Part shown: positions 1 through 13,625 of the stretch, piece after piece
How positions within the stretch are numbered: position 1 is the stretch's first letter
Layout: each line of letters opens with the position of its first letter
Assembly (NCBI GenBank): GCA_964234715.1
Contig: OZ174279.1
Direction: 5' to 3' (one strand)
Source: Podarcis melisellensis
Taxonomy: Eukaryota
Length of the DNA stretch: 64,000 bases
Notes under the pieces: model-generated
Told to the model about the DNA's origin: nothing
The model's input: only the letters and a program-made list of their open reading frames with translations
The model's database searches: none
Position numbers and translations under genes: made by a program

Positions 1-217
1 ACCTAATGCAGGTGTTTCCCACAGACTACCCATCCTCTACTACACATACAAGCCAGGACTCAGGAGCATACAGAAATCCACAATTTCCTGCAATACCACA
101 CAAGCATTCTCATAGTCCATACTAGTGCAACTAGGACAGGGTCACTTGCCCTGGGGGTGTTGGACAGAGCTGCGAAACAGGGTAGATGAAAATGGATAGA
201 TAAAAAGCCAAGTAATA

Positions 218-443
218 CAGTGGTACCTCTGGTTAAGAACTGAATTCGTTCTGGAGGTCCGTTCTTAACCTGAAACTGTTCTTAACCTGAAGCACCACTT
301 TAGCTAATGGGGCCTCCCACTGCCACTGCGCCGCCAGAGCACAATTTCTGTTCTCATCCTGAAGCAAAGTTCTTAACCCGAGGTACTATTTCTGGGTTAG
401 CGGAGTCTGTAACCTGAAGCGTCTGTAACCCGAGGTACCACTG
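218..443. mobile_element. Tc1/mariner-superfamily MITE (family A)
   Basis: TA|cagtggtacctc ... gaggtaccactg|TA; highly similar copies at 5166, 18325, 37336 and 62279. Confidence 0.9.
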
Positions 444-460
444 TATGTGCTTGCTGGGAG

Positions 461-630
461 CAGGGGCAGACTTTGGTATTATGGTGCCCTGAGTAAGGAC
501 AAAATTTGGCACCTGAAATATTTATTTGGCATCCTCTCCCTCCTTTCCATTCTGCACATGCTCTCAAGTGTGCTATGTCATAGTTGCAGCAACTCAAGCA
601 CCTGCCCACACCCCCCTAAATCTGGTGCTG
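461..630. mobile_element. Degenerate hAT-like MITE
   Basis: caggggcagacttt ... aaatctggtgctg flanked by the direct repeat (g)ctgggag. Confidence 0.5.
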
Positions 631-3429
631 CTGGGAGGCTTAAAGAGGGCAGCAGACCAGACTGAAAGCAGGCCCTTTGCTGGCTTTCTGCCTGTCGCCT
701 AACACAAGAAAGAATAACCACCCATTGAATGCGACTGATGGAGGTAGAGAAAAATCAGTGGTTATTTCTCTCTGTACCCTGCAGAAGGTTTGGGGGAGGA
801 GGGGTTACTGTGCAGCTTCTGAGCTTGACTCAAGAAGGGCAGGAGCACTATTTGAACAGGAAAGCTACAAAGGTACTCTTAAAAGTATGTAACATAAAGC
901 TTGCTTGACATTTTTTTCAGATTCTAACAATTGTTCTCCTCTGGTCAACCCAGGGCTAATTCTGTTATGTCTTTTAAAAAAGAAAAAAAGTTTATTGATA
1001 TAAACACATGTTTCCAAGAAGGTAGGTTGGTCATTTTGAATTATTATGGTGCCCTGAGGAGGAAAGAAAGAGTTGGAAGTTTGCCTCAGGCATATTCATT
1101 ACCAGTTAGGGCACAGTGTGTTAGAACATGTAGCTGTATCCTTCCCCCCCCCCCCAGGCCCTTTGCTCCTCCCCACTTCCTCTGCTTGCTTGCTTGCTTG
1201 CTTCTTTCTTTCCTCATCTAACCTAGTATTCCCCAGAAGAGGCCAATGTTGTGACTTGTGCACAATACTCCAGGGAAAGTCAGGAGGAGAAGGGGGCACT
1301 GCTTGCTTGCAAACACCAGCAGGGGAACAAAACAACACATTGTGCAAGGCCCAGTCTCTCAGAAAAGTTGCATTGGCTTGCGTGCCCTGAGTTTTGGTTT
1401 TTGTGTGCTGTTCTATACCCCAAAACAGGGTTGTTGTTGTTTGGGAAAAAAGAGAGATTTCTTCAAGCTGTGTCTTAACTGCCCACACTGTTGTCATTTA
1501 GGAGTTTTCTTTTGACAACAATAAATAAACACATAATATAAGGAAGAAACTAATTAAAATAATTTTAGAGTGCAAAATTATTTTAATGGGATAACATCAC
1601 CTAAGCAGCTATAGAATATGTTGGATATTGCACCGGTATAGTGGAAGATATGACTCATTCCATGGTGTATTGGAATATAAGATTGCTCTGCCCAGCTGGA
1701 GATGTTTGACCACATAAAACTATAGAGCTGGTGTTCAGTATTTTGAAATAGGAGAGGTTTGTCCATGGTTCTCAAAGAGGCCATCCTCTCTGAAAGAAAA
1801 GATTGGTTCTTAAAAGAAGGCCTGTACTGATGAGAAGAGAACATCCTAGGCAAATGTAAACTTCTGCCAAGTAAAAGTTGTTTCCCAGCATAGAAAGCTA
1901 GCTGTCCAGTTACATTACTTTAGGGGAAAAGTAAGAAAGTATCCTAACTGAAAGTATCATAATGGACTGGCATGTGCTCAAGGTTGCCTTAAATAACAGA
2001 AAGGCAACTACACTACATGATATGACTATAGGGTATATAAAAGCATGAGAAAGTAATTTGAGTAATTAAAATACATATATAAGTTTAATCACGTTATACA
2101 AAATACCTGCTTGAACTAAATTTCATATAGAAAATAAACACACTTTAGCTTTTCAAGTAGTCATTTGGAGTTTAGGGACACAGTATACTGAAGACCTTTG
2201 TACAGTCAATTCCCCAAACTGAAGATCTCATCAAAACTTATTAAAATAACTATTGCAGCCAATAGTTTAGAAAATGGTTATGGCGCATGGGTTTTCTCTG
2301 TACCTTATGAATATACTGCTTCAGTTAATTTGTGATGCCTACTTTGCATTCAGTTGATCCGAATAATAATGGGAACTATAGTCATATCATGTACTGTAGT
2401 TGCCTTCCTGTTATCTAAGGCAATTTAGAGATGCTGTGCTCAAGAGTTAATTTATTCATCAGTGTGCTCTATTCAACTTTTTTCTCAAGACTGCAAGAAT
2501 GAGTTTGCTCATCAAACTTTCAGTGAGCAAAAGGGAACAAAAAACTCTACTAGGAACATTTTAAGCTTTATTTCAGATTCATAGTACAATTTAAATTGTA
2601 CTTGGAATATGAATTTCAAATACACACATTTTCATTACTGTCCAGCTCAGGTTCTCAGCTGCTGCATTCTGTTTTCTCTTGACTTTTCCTGTTGCTGAGC
2701 AAAGTATGTATCCGAACAAAGGGGATAGAAGCAAAGTTCACAGGTAGCTGAACTAAAAGGAAACCCACCCTCTCGTTAAAAAAACCTCTCAAGTCAGCCA
2801 AACAAAGCAGTCATATTGTCCTTACAGGATATTTGGCAAGTTTTTAGACCCAGACACAAACATATGTTATCTGTGGTGAGTTTGCAGTGATTATTTCTAG
2901 CCTACGAGTCAGCATGGGAAATTCTCTTATGCTGATTCAGACAATTTGTCCATCCAGCTCAACATAATGCGCTGGGGTTGGCAAACTTCAGGCTTGCTGA
3001 AACTACCTTGTTTTTCACTAGATCTACTGATCAGAGTCAGGAGCAAAAGACATATTTTAAGAACGAAAAAAACAGGGCTCCTCTGAACATATTTTGAGTC
3101 TAGTAATTTATTTCCAGTAGCAGAACTGAACTGAGCTCACAAGCCTTTTGCGCAAAAGTCAGCTTTGGAATAGTTTACTTCATTTTAGTAGCCTAATCTA
3201 GGTGGAACAGGTCATTTTGCTGTGGGTATTGTTAAAAACATTGAGAGCCCTTGCCGGTTGATTGCAATTCACTCAGAGATCTAAAAGTGATCCTGATCTA
3301 CATTCTGTTCATCCCTGTCTACATTGACTGGCAATGGCTCTCCAGGCCTTCGGACAGGAGTTTTTCTCTGCCTGGAAGTGCCCAGAAATTAGCCTTTAAT
3401 CTTTTACATTATTTTTTTTAAAAAAATGT

Positions 3430-3970
3430 TTTCATTTAGTTTTACAAATGTAAATTTATAACAATACCAAATGCACAGCCGTATATAGCGATTTCTCTGA
3501 AACTTCCCACCATGGGTCTTATTGTTAACATTTTCAACTGCATATTATTTAATAATCTATATTTTGCATCTGTCCATATTGTCCAAAGTGTTTGTTACAT
3601 TACAAGTGATATTAAAATCCTGCTAATGTTTTCATCTGCTTACAGTGGTCTCCTAAATAAATTATCATTTCCCCCATTCTTTCCTGAAGTTTTCATCTTA
3701 TTTATTTCTGAGCTTTCTGGTCAGTTTTGCCATTTTAGCAGAGTCCAACAGCTTGGTTTGCCATTCCTCTCTGGTAGGGACTCTTTCTTCTTTCCATCTC
3801 TGGTCTAGTAGTATCCGTGCAGCTGTTGTCACATACATAAAAAGTCTTTTCTGCTCCTTTGGCATATTGGTACCTATAATTCCTAATAAAAAATGCTTCT
3901 GGTTTCTTTGCAAAAGTTATTTTAAACATTTTTTTTCCATTCATTATATATCATTTCCCAGAAAGCTTTT
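3430..3970 (-). mobile_element. L1-clade LINE 3' fragment
   Basis: Frameshifted ORF2 C-terminus (KKPEAF / LLGI...PTREEWQTKLLD), similar to the copies at 44.6-46.0 kb and 61.7 kb; T-rich tail on the left. Confidence 0.8.
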
Positions 3971-4246
3971 ATTGACCTCTTACATTCAAAGCACCTCAGA
4001 AACATAAACTGGAAGAGATGAGGAAAAGTCTTTCTATGAGGTAAGGTTGGAAGAAGTGGGTACATTTAGCCATAATTTACAGGAGGGTAGATTGTAGTCT
4101 AACATTAAGAGAAATGTTTCAGAGGTAACAACTGAGGCAATTACTTAAGGAGAGTGGAAGATTCTCCATCACAGAGTCTGCAACAAGGGCTGGGCAGTCA
4201 TCTGTTGAAGACACCCTCACTCTGCATCAAGGAGAGCTTTGGATTA

Positions 4247-4492
4247 CAGTGGTACCTCTGGATGCAAACGGGATCCATTCTGGAACCCCGTTCACATCCT
4301 GAAGCAAACGCAACCTGTGTCTGCGTGGGTCGCGATTCACCTCTTCCAAGCAGGCGCATGACATCATTTTGAGCGTCTGCACATGCGCAAGCGGCGAAAC
4401 CCGGAAGCAACGCGTTCCATTGCTTCTGGGTTGCCGCGGAGTGCAACCCAAAAACACTCAACCTGAAGCTACTTCAACCCAAGGTATGACTA
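4247..4492. mobile_element. Tc1/mariner-superfamily MITE (related family)
   Basis: TA|cagtggtacctc start, degenerate right TIR aaggtatgacta, CpG-rich interior. Confidence 0.7.
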
Positions 4493-5165
4493 TACTAGAT
4501 AGCCTACTGCGAGCTTCAATATATGATTCACCAATACTGAATCTATCCACATTACTGAGCTTTACAAATTGGCTCAAAGGGAAGTATATATCTGGGAAAC
4601 TACTAGTATTTCCATGTTCTTTCTCCACTCAGAGCTATAAAGTCTTGCTGCAGTGGAGAACTTCATAAATGTCCATGGTAACCTATGAACCACTCATGCT
4701 TAGCACTTTTGCACTCAGCAGTATGGGGAGATAGAAGAGAGCAGCACTGGAAATGGGAGCGCAAACAACTTTCTGTTTGTGCCAGTAGGTTGTGAGTATA
4801 GGCCTTCAGTTGTAGCAGCCTTAATGATGGCTGACCATTTATGATTTATGGTGCTTTTAGTTTCATTCCATGCTCATGCTTTATAATCTATAATAAACAT
4901 AAGATGAATGCAGTACTCATATAATCATAGAATTGGAAGGGTCATACTCAAAACGCACCAGAGAAATTAAAGGAGGCTGCTAGTCATGAGGGCTATTAAC
5001 TCCAGTATCAGAATACCAGCTGCAAGAAGGAAAATGTGACAGCATCCATAGCCTTCTTATGGGCTTCCCATAGGTATCTAGTTGGCTATTTGGTGAGCAT
5101 AATGCTGTGCTAGCACTGGTCTCATCCAGCAGGACTCCTCTTGTGTTCAGAGACATGTGGTGATA

Positions 5166-5391
5166 CAGTGGTACCTCGGGTTAAGTACTTGATTCGTTCC
5201 GGAGGTCCGTTCTTAACCTGAAACTGTTCTTAACCTGAAGCACCACTTTAGCTAATGGGGCCTCCTGCTGCTGCCGCGCCGCCGGAGCACAATTTCTGTT
5301 CTCATCCTGAAGCAAATTTCTTAACCTGAAGCACTATTTCTGGGTTAGCAGAGTCTGTAACCTGAAGCGTATGTAACCTGAGGTACCACTG
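5166..5391. mobile_element. Tc1/mariner MITE (family A)
   Basis: TIRs cagtggtacctc / gaggtaccactg with TA TSD. Confidence 0.9.
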
Positions 5392-6879
5392 TACAGTTCA
5401 GGTACCTAGGGCAGAAGCTTTAACAATTGTCCAGTCTTCAGTGTTCACCTGGTGCTAAACTATTAAGAATACTTGCTCAGTGGCTGACTTAACACAATTG
5501 CTTTTCTCCAGAGCAATTACAAACTGCTTAGAAGCAATCATCCTTTATACACCCAGTAGATCACTGTGGTCTGCTGGAACATTTCTTCGGCAACCTCTTT
5601 CTTGTTTCTACCAGGCTTAGGCAGAGCAATGGCGGCAGCTCCACTGCTGAACAAAGTTTAGATCTGGTATAGCTTTACTCTGACTTAACCAGCTTGCTTT
5701 ACTCCAGTTTCTCTTAGATATTTATTGTGAAGTATGTACTTGTAGTAACTGATAGTGAATGTGTGAAATGGGTCTGATCAGACATTGAGATTCATTTCTG
5801 CTTACTCAGAAGCTTGCCCTTTTTTGCTCGTTCATCCGTGATTAGCCAACTAGGGCAGTAAATGTTTAGAAATGAAAATATGTAGTTATGAAAATCAGGT
5901 GTGACAGGCAGTGGAAAACAATGGAAGATCCAGTGATAGATGGAAGTAGTGTGAAATACTATGCATATCAGATAAACTGTAGTCAAACAAAATTCGTTGA
6001 TACTTTGCATTAAAATGCAAGGCACGAAAGAGCTAACAACTTCACTGGCTTTACAAAGGCAACTGAAACAAAGTAGAATGCCATGGTCATTTACATTCTC
6101 ACAGTGTTGCAAATAATGGCATTTGCAGCTTAAGCACAGTTTTCATCAACAATACTTACTCCGACTATTTCAGAAGAAATAGCTTTTCTTTTTTTAACAA
6201 GGTGTCTTTCCAAAATATGCCTTATTAGTTTGTACAACATCAACTTCTCAAGAATATAGTTTTTAGGGAAGACTGAAGCCTTTGATGCTCAAAGTCATAT
6301 TTGCATGGTAGAAGGTGAAATTAGAGTTGAGCAGGTGGGAAAGAGGATGGGAATTTATGAAGGGTGCAAAGAAAGGCAATGGGAAATGAGCTTGTTTTGC
6401 AACCCCATGGCACTCTGTGGCTGTACCTATCCTCGCGTGTTAAATTTCTAGGGGGAAGCAGATGCACAATGTAGTGGAAGGGATTCTACTGATACTGCAC
6501 TGGACAGCCACAAGTCCCTGACATCCTGAGCTTGGCTGACAGCAGGCAAAGTTGAAATGCCCCCCTTGAGCTCTTTGGTTCGCTTGCTAACACCATGAGA
6601 AGCTAGCAGTTGTTGGCTCTCAGATAAGGAGACAACCTTCTCTTCCTGTAAGCTCTGTAGGAACTTGTGGCCAAAAGTCCCCCTCATCGGTGTCAAAGAG
6701 TGAAACACCCTAGGGCGAGACAGCAAGCAACCGCAGCATAGAAGCATAGTAGAACTGGAAGGGACCCACCTCAAGAGTAACCGAGTCCAACCCCCTGCAA
6801 TGCAGGGATCTCATCTTCCCTATGCAGGAATAGCATGTTTTAAGCTAGCCGAACAGCCCCCAAACTGGCCCCCAAAATA

Positions 6880-7718
6880 CAGGTGAAACTCAAAAAATTA
6901 GAATATTGTGGAAAAGTTCATTTATTTCAGTAATTCAACTTAAAAGGTAAAACTAATATATGAGATAGACTCATGACATGCAAAGCGAGATATATCAATC
7001 CTTTATTTGTTATAATTGTGATGTTTATGGCGTACAGCTGATGAAAACCCCAAATTAACAATCTCAGAAAATTAGAATATTAAATGAAATCAGCAAAATG
7101 AGGGCTGCAAATAGAGCAATACTGGACCTCTGAGAAGTAGAAGCATGCACATGTACTCAGTAGTTGGTTTGGGCCCCTTTTGCATCAATACTGCCTCAAT
7201 GCGGCATGGCATGGATGCTATCAGCCTGTGGCACCGCTGAGGTGTTATGGATATCAATATCAGCCTTCAGCTCTTCTGCATTGCTTGGTCTCATGTCTCT
7301 CATCTTTCTCTTGGCAATGCCCCATAGATTCTCTATGGGGTTCAGGTCAGGCGGGTTTGCTGGCTAATCAAGCACAGTAACCCCATGGGCATTGAACCAG
7401 GTTTTGGTACTTTGGGCAGTGTGGGCAGGTGCCAAAGTCCTACTGGAAAATGAAATCAGCATCCCCATAAAGCTCGTCTTTGGAAGGAAGCATGAAGTGC
7501 TCCAAAATCTTTTGGTAGATGGCTGCATTGACCCTGGACTTAATGAAGCACAGTGGACCAACACCAGCTGATGACATGGCTCCCCAAATCAACACAGACT
7601 GTGGAAACTTCACATTGGACTTCAAGCATCTGGCATTGTGTGCCTCCCCATTCTTCCTCCAGACTCTGGCTCCTTGGTTTCCAAATGAGATGCAAAAGCT
7701 GCTCTCATCAGAAAAGAG
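6880..7718 (-). mobile_element. 5'-truncated Tc1 transposon with degraded DD34E-type transposase
   Basis: FSDESSFCISFGNQGARVWRK...VKFPQSVLIWGAMSSAGVGPL...FIFQ*; terminus TA|caggtgaaact; direct repeat aaaattagaatat at 6894 and 7068 (IR/DR-type TIR). Confidence 0.9.
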
Positions 7719-8315
7719 ATTTGGGGAACCAGCGAAAATAGACTTTGTCTGATAACACTGCTCTTCCTTCCCTCCAGTTACAGAAACACATAGCAATTTA
7801 AAGCAGCCTGCCTGAGACAGCAGATTCCAGGGGAAGTTCCCTTTCCTGCCTTCTTCTCATCTATTCAAAATGAGCTCCAATTCAGAGCAGCAGGGTGCAA
7901 GGAGTTTCCCACACTAGCATTGGGGGAACCTGGGACCCTCCAGATGTCTTTATTGTCCAGCTCCCAGACATCATGGCCAGTGTCAGGAATGAGAGGAGTT
8001 ACAGTCCAAACACTCCTATGGATGCCAGGCTAAGGAAGACTGCTCTGCAGAAACGCGCACACACAATTCTACAGAATGTATCCCAGAACTTGTCAGGCAC
8101 ACAGATGAAGTTTTCTAGTTGAAAAGAAAGCTTTGCATTTTCCACCCAAGCTTGGTGCTTTAAATATCTTACACAGACTTAAAGTAATTTAATTTCTGGC
8201 TACTTCCAAGCACAACTGCTGTTCAGGAGTCTTTTTTCTTCATCACATAGAGCTCTATATTCTGAAAGAAGACCCCTTCTGCCTGATCATGTGAATGAAT
8301 TAGTTGACATACATA

Positions 8316-8645
8316 TTGTGGTCTAAACCACTGAGCCTCTTGGGCTTGCCGATCAGAAGGTTGACAGTTTGAATCCATGCAACGGGATGAGCTCCCATTG
8401 CTCAGTCCCAGCTCCTGCCAGCCTAGCAGTTTGAGAGCACACCAGTGCAAGTAGATAAATAGGTACCGCTGTGGTGGGAAGGTAAATGGTGTTTCCGTCT
8501 GTTCTGGCACTCGTCATGGTGTGCCGTCATGCCAGAAGCTGTTTAGTCATGCTGGCCACATGACCCGGAAAACTGTGGACAAATGCCAGCTCCCTTGGCC
8601 TGAAGCGAGATGAGCGCCACACCCCATAGTAGCCTTTGACTGGAG
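8316..8645 (+). mobile_element. Sauria SINE
   Basis: tRNA-like head (aaaccactgagcc...gccgatcagaagg) and core gtgcaagtagataaataggtaccgc...catgctggccacatgacccggaa. Confidence 0.85.
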
Positions 8646-8735
8646 TCAACAGAAGATTTAAGCCACTTGCAAATTTGAGCCATGCACCAGAAAACTTGCA
8701 TACTGCAAGTTTTAGCACCTTGTAAGAAGTCCTAC

Positions 8736-9561
8736 TGTCAGAGCTGCCCCTAGGTCCCAGCTCACAGAGGACCAACGCCAGGTCGTCGTTATGTACAAAA
8801 GTCTTTATTTAAGTTCAGCTTCCATTCCAAAGCCGCAGCGCGCAGCTCTACGTCTTAAACCCTAGACCGTCGAAGTCCCATCTGAATCTCCTCCCCCCTG
8901 ACACCAGTTTAAGATCCTAGCCCTGCTCCACCTCTTCCGTTGCTCTCTCCTCCTCTGGGTCCTCCTGCCCGCTGTGGCATTCCCCTTTCTGGACTCTTCT
9001 GACGCTGAGTCGCCTGACTCCTCCCCCTGCTTCCGGCGGGCTTTAGGACCCGGTTCCCAATCCTCATTCTCTGTTGTCCCGCGCTCCTGTACATTTGAAC
9101 TTGTCTCTCGCGCCAACCCAGTGACCTTCCTCCTGACCGTTATACTGCTCCTGTCACTGCTTCCCTCTTCCGGTAGGCTCGCTGGACTTGACCTCCCCTC
9201 CTTTGCCTGACTCTCCGATGGAGGCGTGGCCAGCCCTGACTCATCTTCTCTCCCTGGCGGGGGATACGCTGGCCCCGCTACCTGGGACTCTTCCCCCCCA
9301 CTACGCTCTGGTGGGGAAGCTGGTCCTGATCTCCAACTGCTGCTCTGGGAGTCCCCGCTGGCCCCTTGCTCCTGGAGCGTCCCTCTTGGGGCCCCCCTTG
9401 CCCTGGCCATAGGCGCCTCCTTCTGTGAATCTTCCGATTCGCTGGAGAGACTCATGGAATCTCTCGGGCCACTGTCATCTTCTCCTATGCTCCCCTCGGA
9501 TTCTTCCCCTTCGCTCTCCATCTCCTCTCTTCCCTGCACCTCTGCTCCTGAGCCCCTGACA
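8736..9561 (-). mobile_element. Solo LTR (probably Gypsy-like)
   Basis: tgtcag...ctgaca termini; TSD cctac / cctat; AATAAA on the minus strand near 8805; contains a long low-complexity ORF. Confidence 0.8.
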
Positions 9562-11464
9562 CCTATGATATTCATTTACAACTTAGCTTCCAATGCACCC
9601 ACACTTTCCCTTGGCCTTTTAGGTCACACCAAGGTGGTTTATAGATGCACATAAAACTGGCTGCATCTGTTACTAGGGGATGAATCAGACAATCTGCTTG
9701 CCAGTAGCTGAAGGCAGGGAAAGTAGCCATTAGGAGCTTGGCGGTTCTGTGAGTGTCTCATTTAATCCATGTTCTGCCTTTCAATTAAGGAGCTCAGACC
9801 AGTGCATTAGCCTTACATCAATGTGACAATGGTAGGCTAGACCAAAACATAATAATTTGCACAATGAGAACAAAGCTGGGATTTCTCAAATCTTGGCCCC
9901 ACACAGGCTAGTTGCTAGATCATGGGTTGTCTGTTAGCCCTTAGTAGAGCCAGTTAGGAGGTTAATAAATACCCACACAGAGACACACATTAATGTAAGA
10001 AAAGAAAAAAAAGGTGAGATAATGGGTTAATTATTTACATTCAGTTTTAAAATGAAAATTTTAAGCAATCTTTATTTTGAACTCCCCCTGCCCCCCACCC
10101 CCAATAGACAACACTGATAGAATTGTGGAACATCTATTATTTTACAGAGCTTCTTTTAAAAGGTGTGTGTGTAATGTAAGGGATAGCATAATACTTCTAC
10201 CTTGGCAATTAGCTGTAATGGAACAAATTGCTGAGTACTAATGACCTACATTTGGAACAGAACTATCCTCTGTGGGGTGAAGTAAGCTCAACAGTCCAGG
10301 TACATTTACTGGAAAATACTGCATCACTAAAGGTACTGTAATTGCTTTTGAAACACAGTGCATTGGAAAAAATCTCCCAGCCTGAGACGGGGAGGGGGGT
10401 GGAATCTAAAACTGAACTTGGCAGTAGATTTCTGACAAAGTCAATAATCCAGAAAGACATTAAATAGGTGTTCTGGGAGATCTTCTCTGAGTAAACAGGG
10501 AGTATTTGCTGCTAAAACCATCAGAAAATACCTCCTGGTAAAATACTGTTTTATATCCATTATGCTTTTTTATTATTATAAAAAAGTGATGTTTTGAAGG
10601 ATGCAGCCCCTGTATATTCACTGGTCTTTAACAGTCTGTGGCTAGAATCCAAAGCACTGTGAAGTTCGGAGCTACTCACTGCTTTGAATCCCCAAATGTG
10701 TATCAAGCACTCTGACAAGGAAGAAGAGGAGGTGAATCATACATACAATGTCTTAAATACTTTGAAAGCGGGTGTCTAGAAAAAAAGCTTGCAGAACTTG
10801 ACTTGCACAATGAAGCTTTCTGGCTCCCCCTCCCCATAATTGCAGACACACACACCCCACACCCCAAGAATATGATTATTACACAATTTGTACTGCTCTG
10901 ATAACCAGGGAATAGTTAGGAAGGAACCACATCCCTAAACAAACAATTTAGCTTGTGATGCTATTTGCACTAGAAGCCCCACTGGAAACAATGGGACATA
11001 TTTCTGAGTTGACATTACACTGATTGACTCCCTATAGAAATAACAGAAACACTCTTTTACTTTCTCAGCTCCACCTTTAATAGACAGACGAGAAAATCTA
11101 TTGTGGCTTGGCCCAACAGAGCATATTTCATTGAAAACACTGTTTTTCAGGAAACGGAGCTGCCTTTAAATTTTGAGCAATTATGAATACCGTACTTCAG
11201 ACCTGGTCTGGCAAGAACACGGAAGTGCCTCTCAAGTACAGAATTAGCACTACTTTGCTATAATGTGGTGGGGTGGAAGGTTTGGAGGAATCTAGCCACT
11301 CTGAAATTGCATATTCACAATCAGCCAGGCTATTTTATTGGCAGGCTACTAAAGAGCCATAAGGATGCTCCATGCAGGCATTGCTTATATGTTAATATGC
11401 CATCAGTTTGGTCTCCTTTGCAGGATAAGAAGGAAAGCTAGTGCCCCAGGGCAGGTATTGTTAA

Positions 11465-12116
11465 CAAAGCTATTGTACTACCAACCTTACTGTATGCTTG
11501 TGAAACATGGACCACTTATAAACGCCATCTCCAACTCCTCGAAAGATTCTATCAATGGTATCTCTGAAAAGTTTTACACTTGGGAAGACAGGCGAACTAA
11601 TGTCAGTGTACTGGAAGAAGCAAAGATCACCAGTGTTGAAGCAATGTCTCTTCAACATCAACTTCGTTGGACTGGTCATATGCGGAAGCCTGATGATCGT
11701 CTTCCAAAGCAACTACTGTACTCTATTCTGAACTTAAAAATGGAAAGTGTAATGCCGGTGGTCAACAAAAAAGGTTTGAAGACTCTCTCAAGGCAAATCT
11801 TTAAAAATGTATTATAAACACTGACAAATGGGAAACACTTGCCTGCAAGTGCTCCAGTTGGAGAACAGCCTTTACCAAAGGTGTCATGGACTTTGAAGAT
11901 GCTCGAACTCAGAACGCAAGGGAGAAACGTGCTAAGAGGAAGGCACGCTTGGCAAACCCTCACCATGATCAACTTCCACCCGGAAACCTATGTCCCCACT
12001 GTGGAAGGACATGTGGATCCAGAATTGGCCTCCACGGTCACTTATGGACTCACTGTTAAGACTCTGTTCATGGAAGACAACCTTACTTGGCTACGAGTGA
12101 TCGCCAGAGAAGAAGA
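11465..12116 (+). mobile_element. RTE-clade LINE 3' fragment
   Basis: Frameshifted RT C-terminus (WEDRRTNVSVLEEA...QLRWTGH...RLPKQLLY), remnant of a C-x-x-C zinc finger, (gaa)n tail. Confidence 0.85.
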
Positions 12117-13154
12117 TTGTATGTGTACAGGACATAGCTTAAGGAATATGATTTCATCAAGCAGCATGGCAATAGGGGTCCCTCCAGGGGATGGGCCCAT
12201 TTAGCTACACTGGTGTAGATGCAACAAGTCTCCACCCCAAAAATGTAAAGTGTTCCCATTATTGCCCTGGTCATTTTATAGGAATTGCAAAACTACTACA
12301 CACAGAGGAAGCATTCCTATATTTTTTCAGTACTGGAATACTCTTTCAAGCCTTTGTTTAAAAATGAATAAAAACCTTGGGCTTCAAGGAGCACATTGTT
12401 CCATTGCTTTAGTTCCAACCTGTCCGCAATCCTGTTCTTTGCCATTCAGTTACTGCGGGAGAAGAACTGTGAGCAACATTTATTTATCATGGGACGGGTG
12501 CATTTAGAACCAAGATAAAACTGCCGAGCTCCCTTGTTATTTTTGTAATTGCTAGAACGTGTAATGCCAATATAATGTTGTTCCATTTATAGTATTGAGT
12601 GTTTTTATATAGTGTTGTATTTGCTATCATGTTGCTGTTATTCCGGTTCTTAAGAAATTGGCCTTGCAATTGTTGAGTTTAATTGCTGCTATTTGTCATA
12701 AGCTGCTCACTGTTTCTTGAAGAAAGATTCTGCAAAATCCGCAGATTCTGAGGATCCGCTGTACCTAGCTGAATCAATTTTAGCTGAAAATCACTTCACT
12801 TGAATATTTAGTTCCATCACAGAACCTGTGTTCTGACTTCATTATTCTCCTACTTCCCCTTTCTTGCCCCCAGCTCCTTCCTCTGTGGACCCCCTGCTTG
12901 GTGAAGCAGAAATTTTTGCTCCACTTTCTCATAAGCAGGGATGTGTACCAAGTTTGCATTTTTTTGAAATTGCTTACCAAATATCACGCCACTCACAATT
13001 TCATGTCCCCATCAAAGTAAGTGCACATTAAATGGGATTCTGGGTTTGCAGTATTACAATGCCCTGGACCATATTACAGTATTTTTAAAATAAATGTATT
13101 CATAAACTCTATTCATAAACTCTGTTATTTTAGCTTTAGTTTATGGATGCAGAA

Positions 13155-13625
13155 TTAATCTGCACCTCCACGGACAGCTGGGAGTCCAAAATGACTCCAA
13201 GGCTGTGTACCTGGTCCTTCAGGACCACAGTTATCCCATTCAGAATCAGGGAGTCTCCCAAACCTGCCCATCCCCTGTCCCCCAGAAACAGTACTGTCAG
13301 GATTCAACCTTAATCCGTTAGGTGGCAACCACCCTCCAACCACCACCAGACACTCACACAGGATGTTCACTGCCCTCACTGGTTCTGATTTAAACAAGAG
13401 GTAGTGCTGGGTATCATCCGCATACTACTGAAGACCCAGCCCAAACCCCCTGATGATCTCTCCCAGCAGCTTCAGATAAATGTTGACAAGCATGACAAAG
13501 AGAACGGAGCCCTGAGGTACTCCACTGGTGAGCACCTAGCAGTCCTAACACTCACCCCCTCCACCACTACTTTCTGGACATGTCCCAGGAGGAATGAGAA
13601 GAACCATTGTACAACAGTGCCCCAA
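13155..13625 (-). mobile_element. L2-like LINE reverse transcriptase fragment
   Basis: Degraded RT-like peptides (LRLNPD; HSLGVILDSQLS) on the minus strand. Confidence 0.7.
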
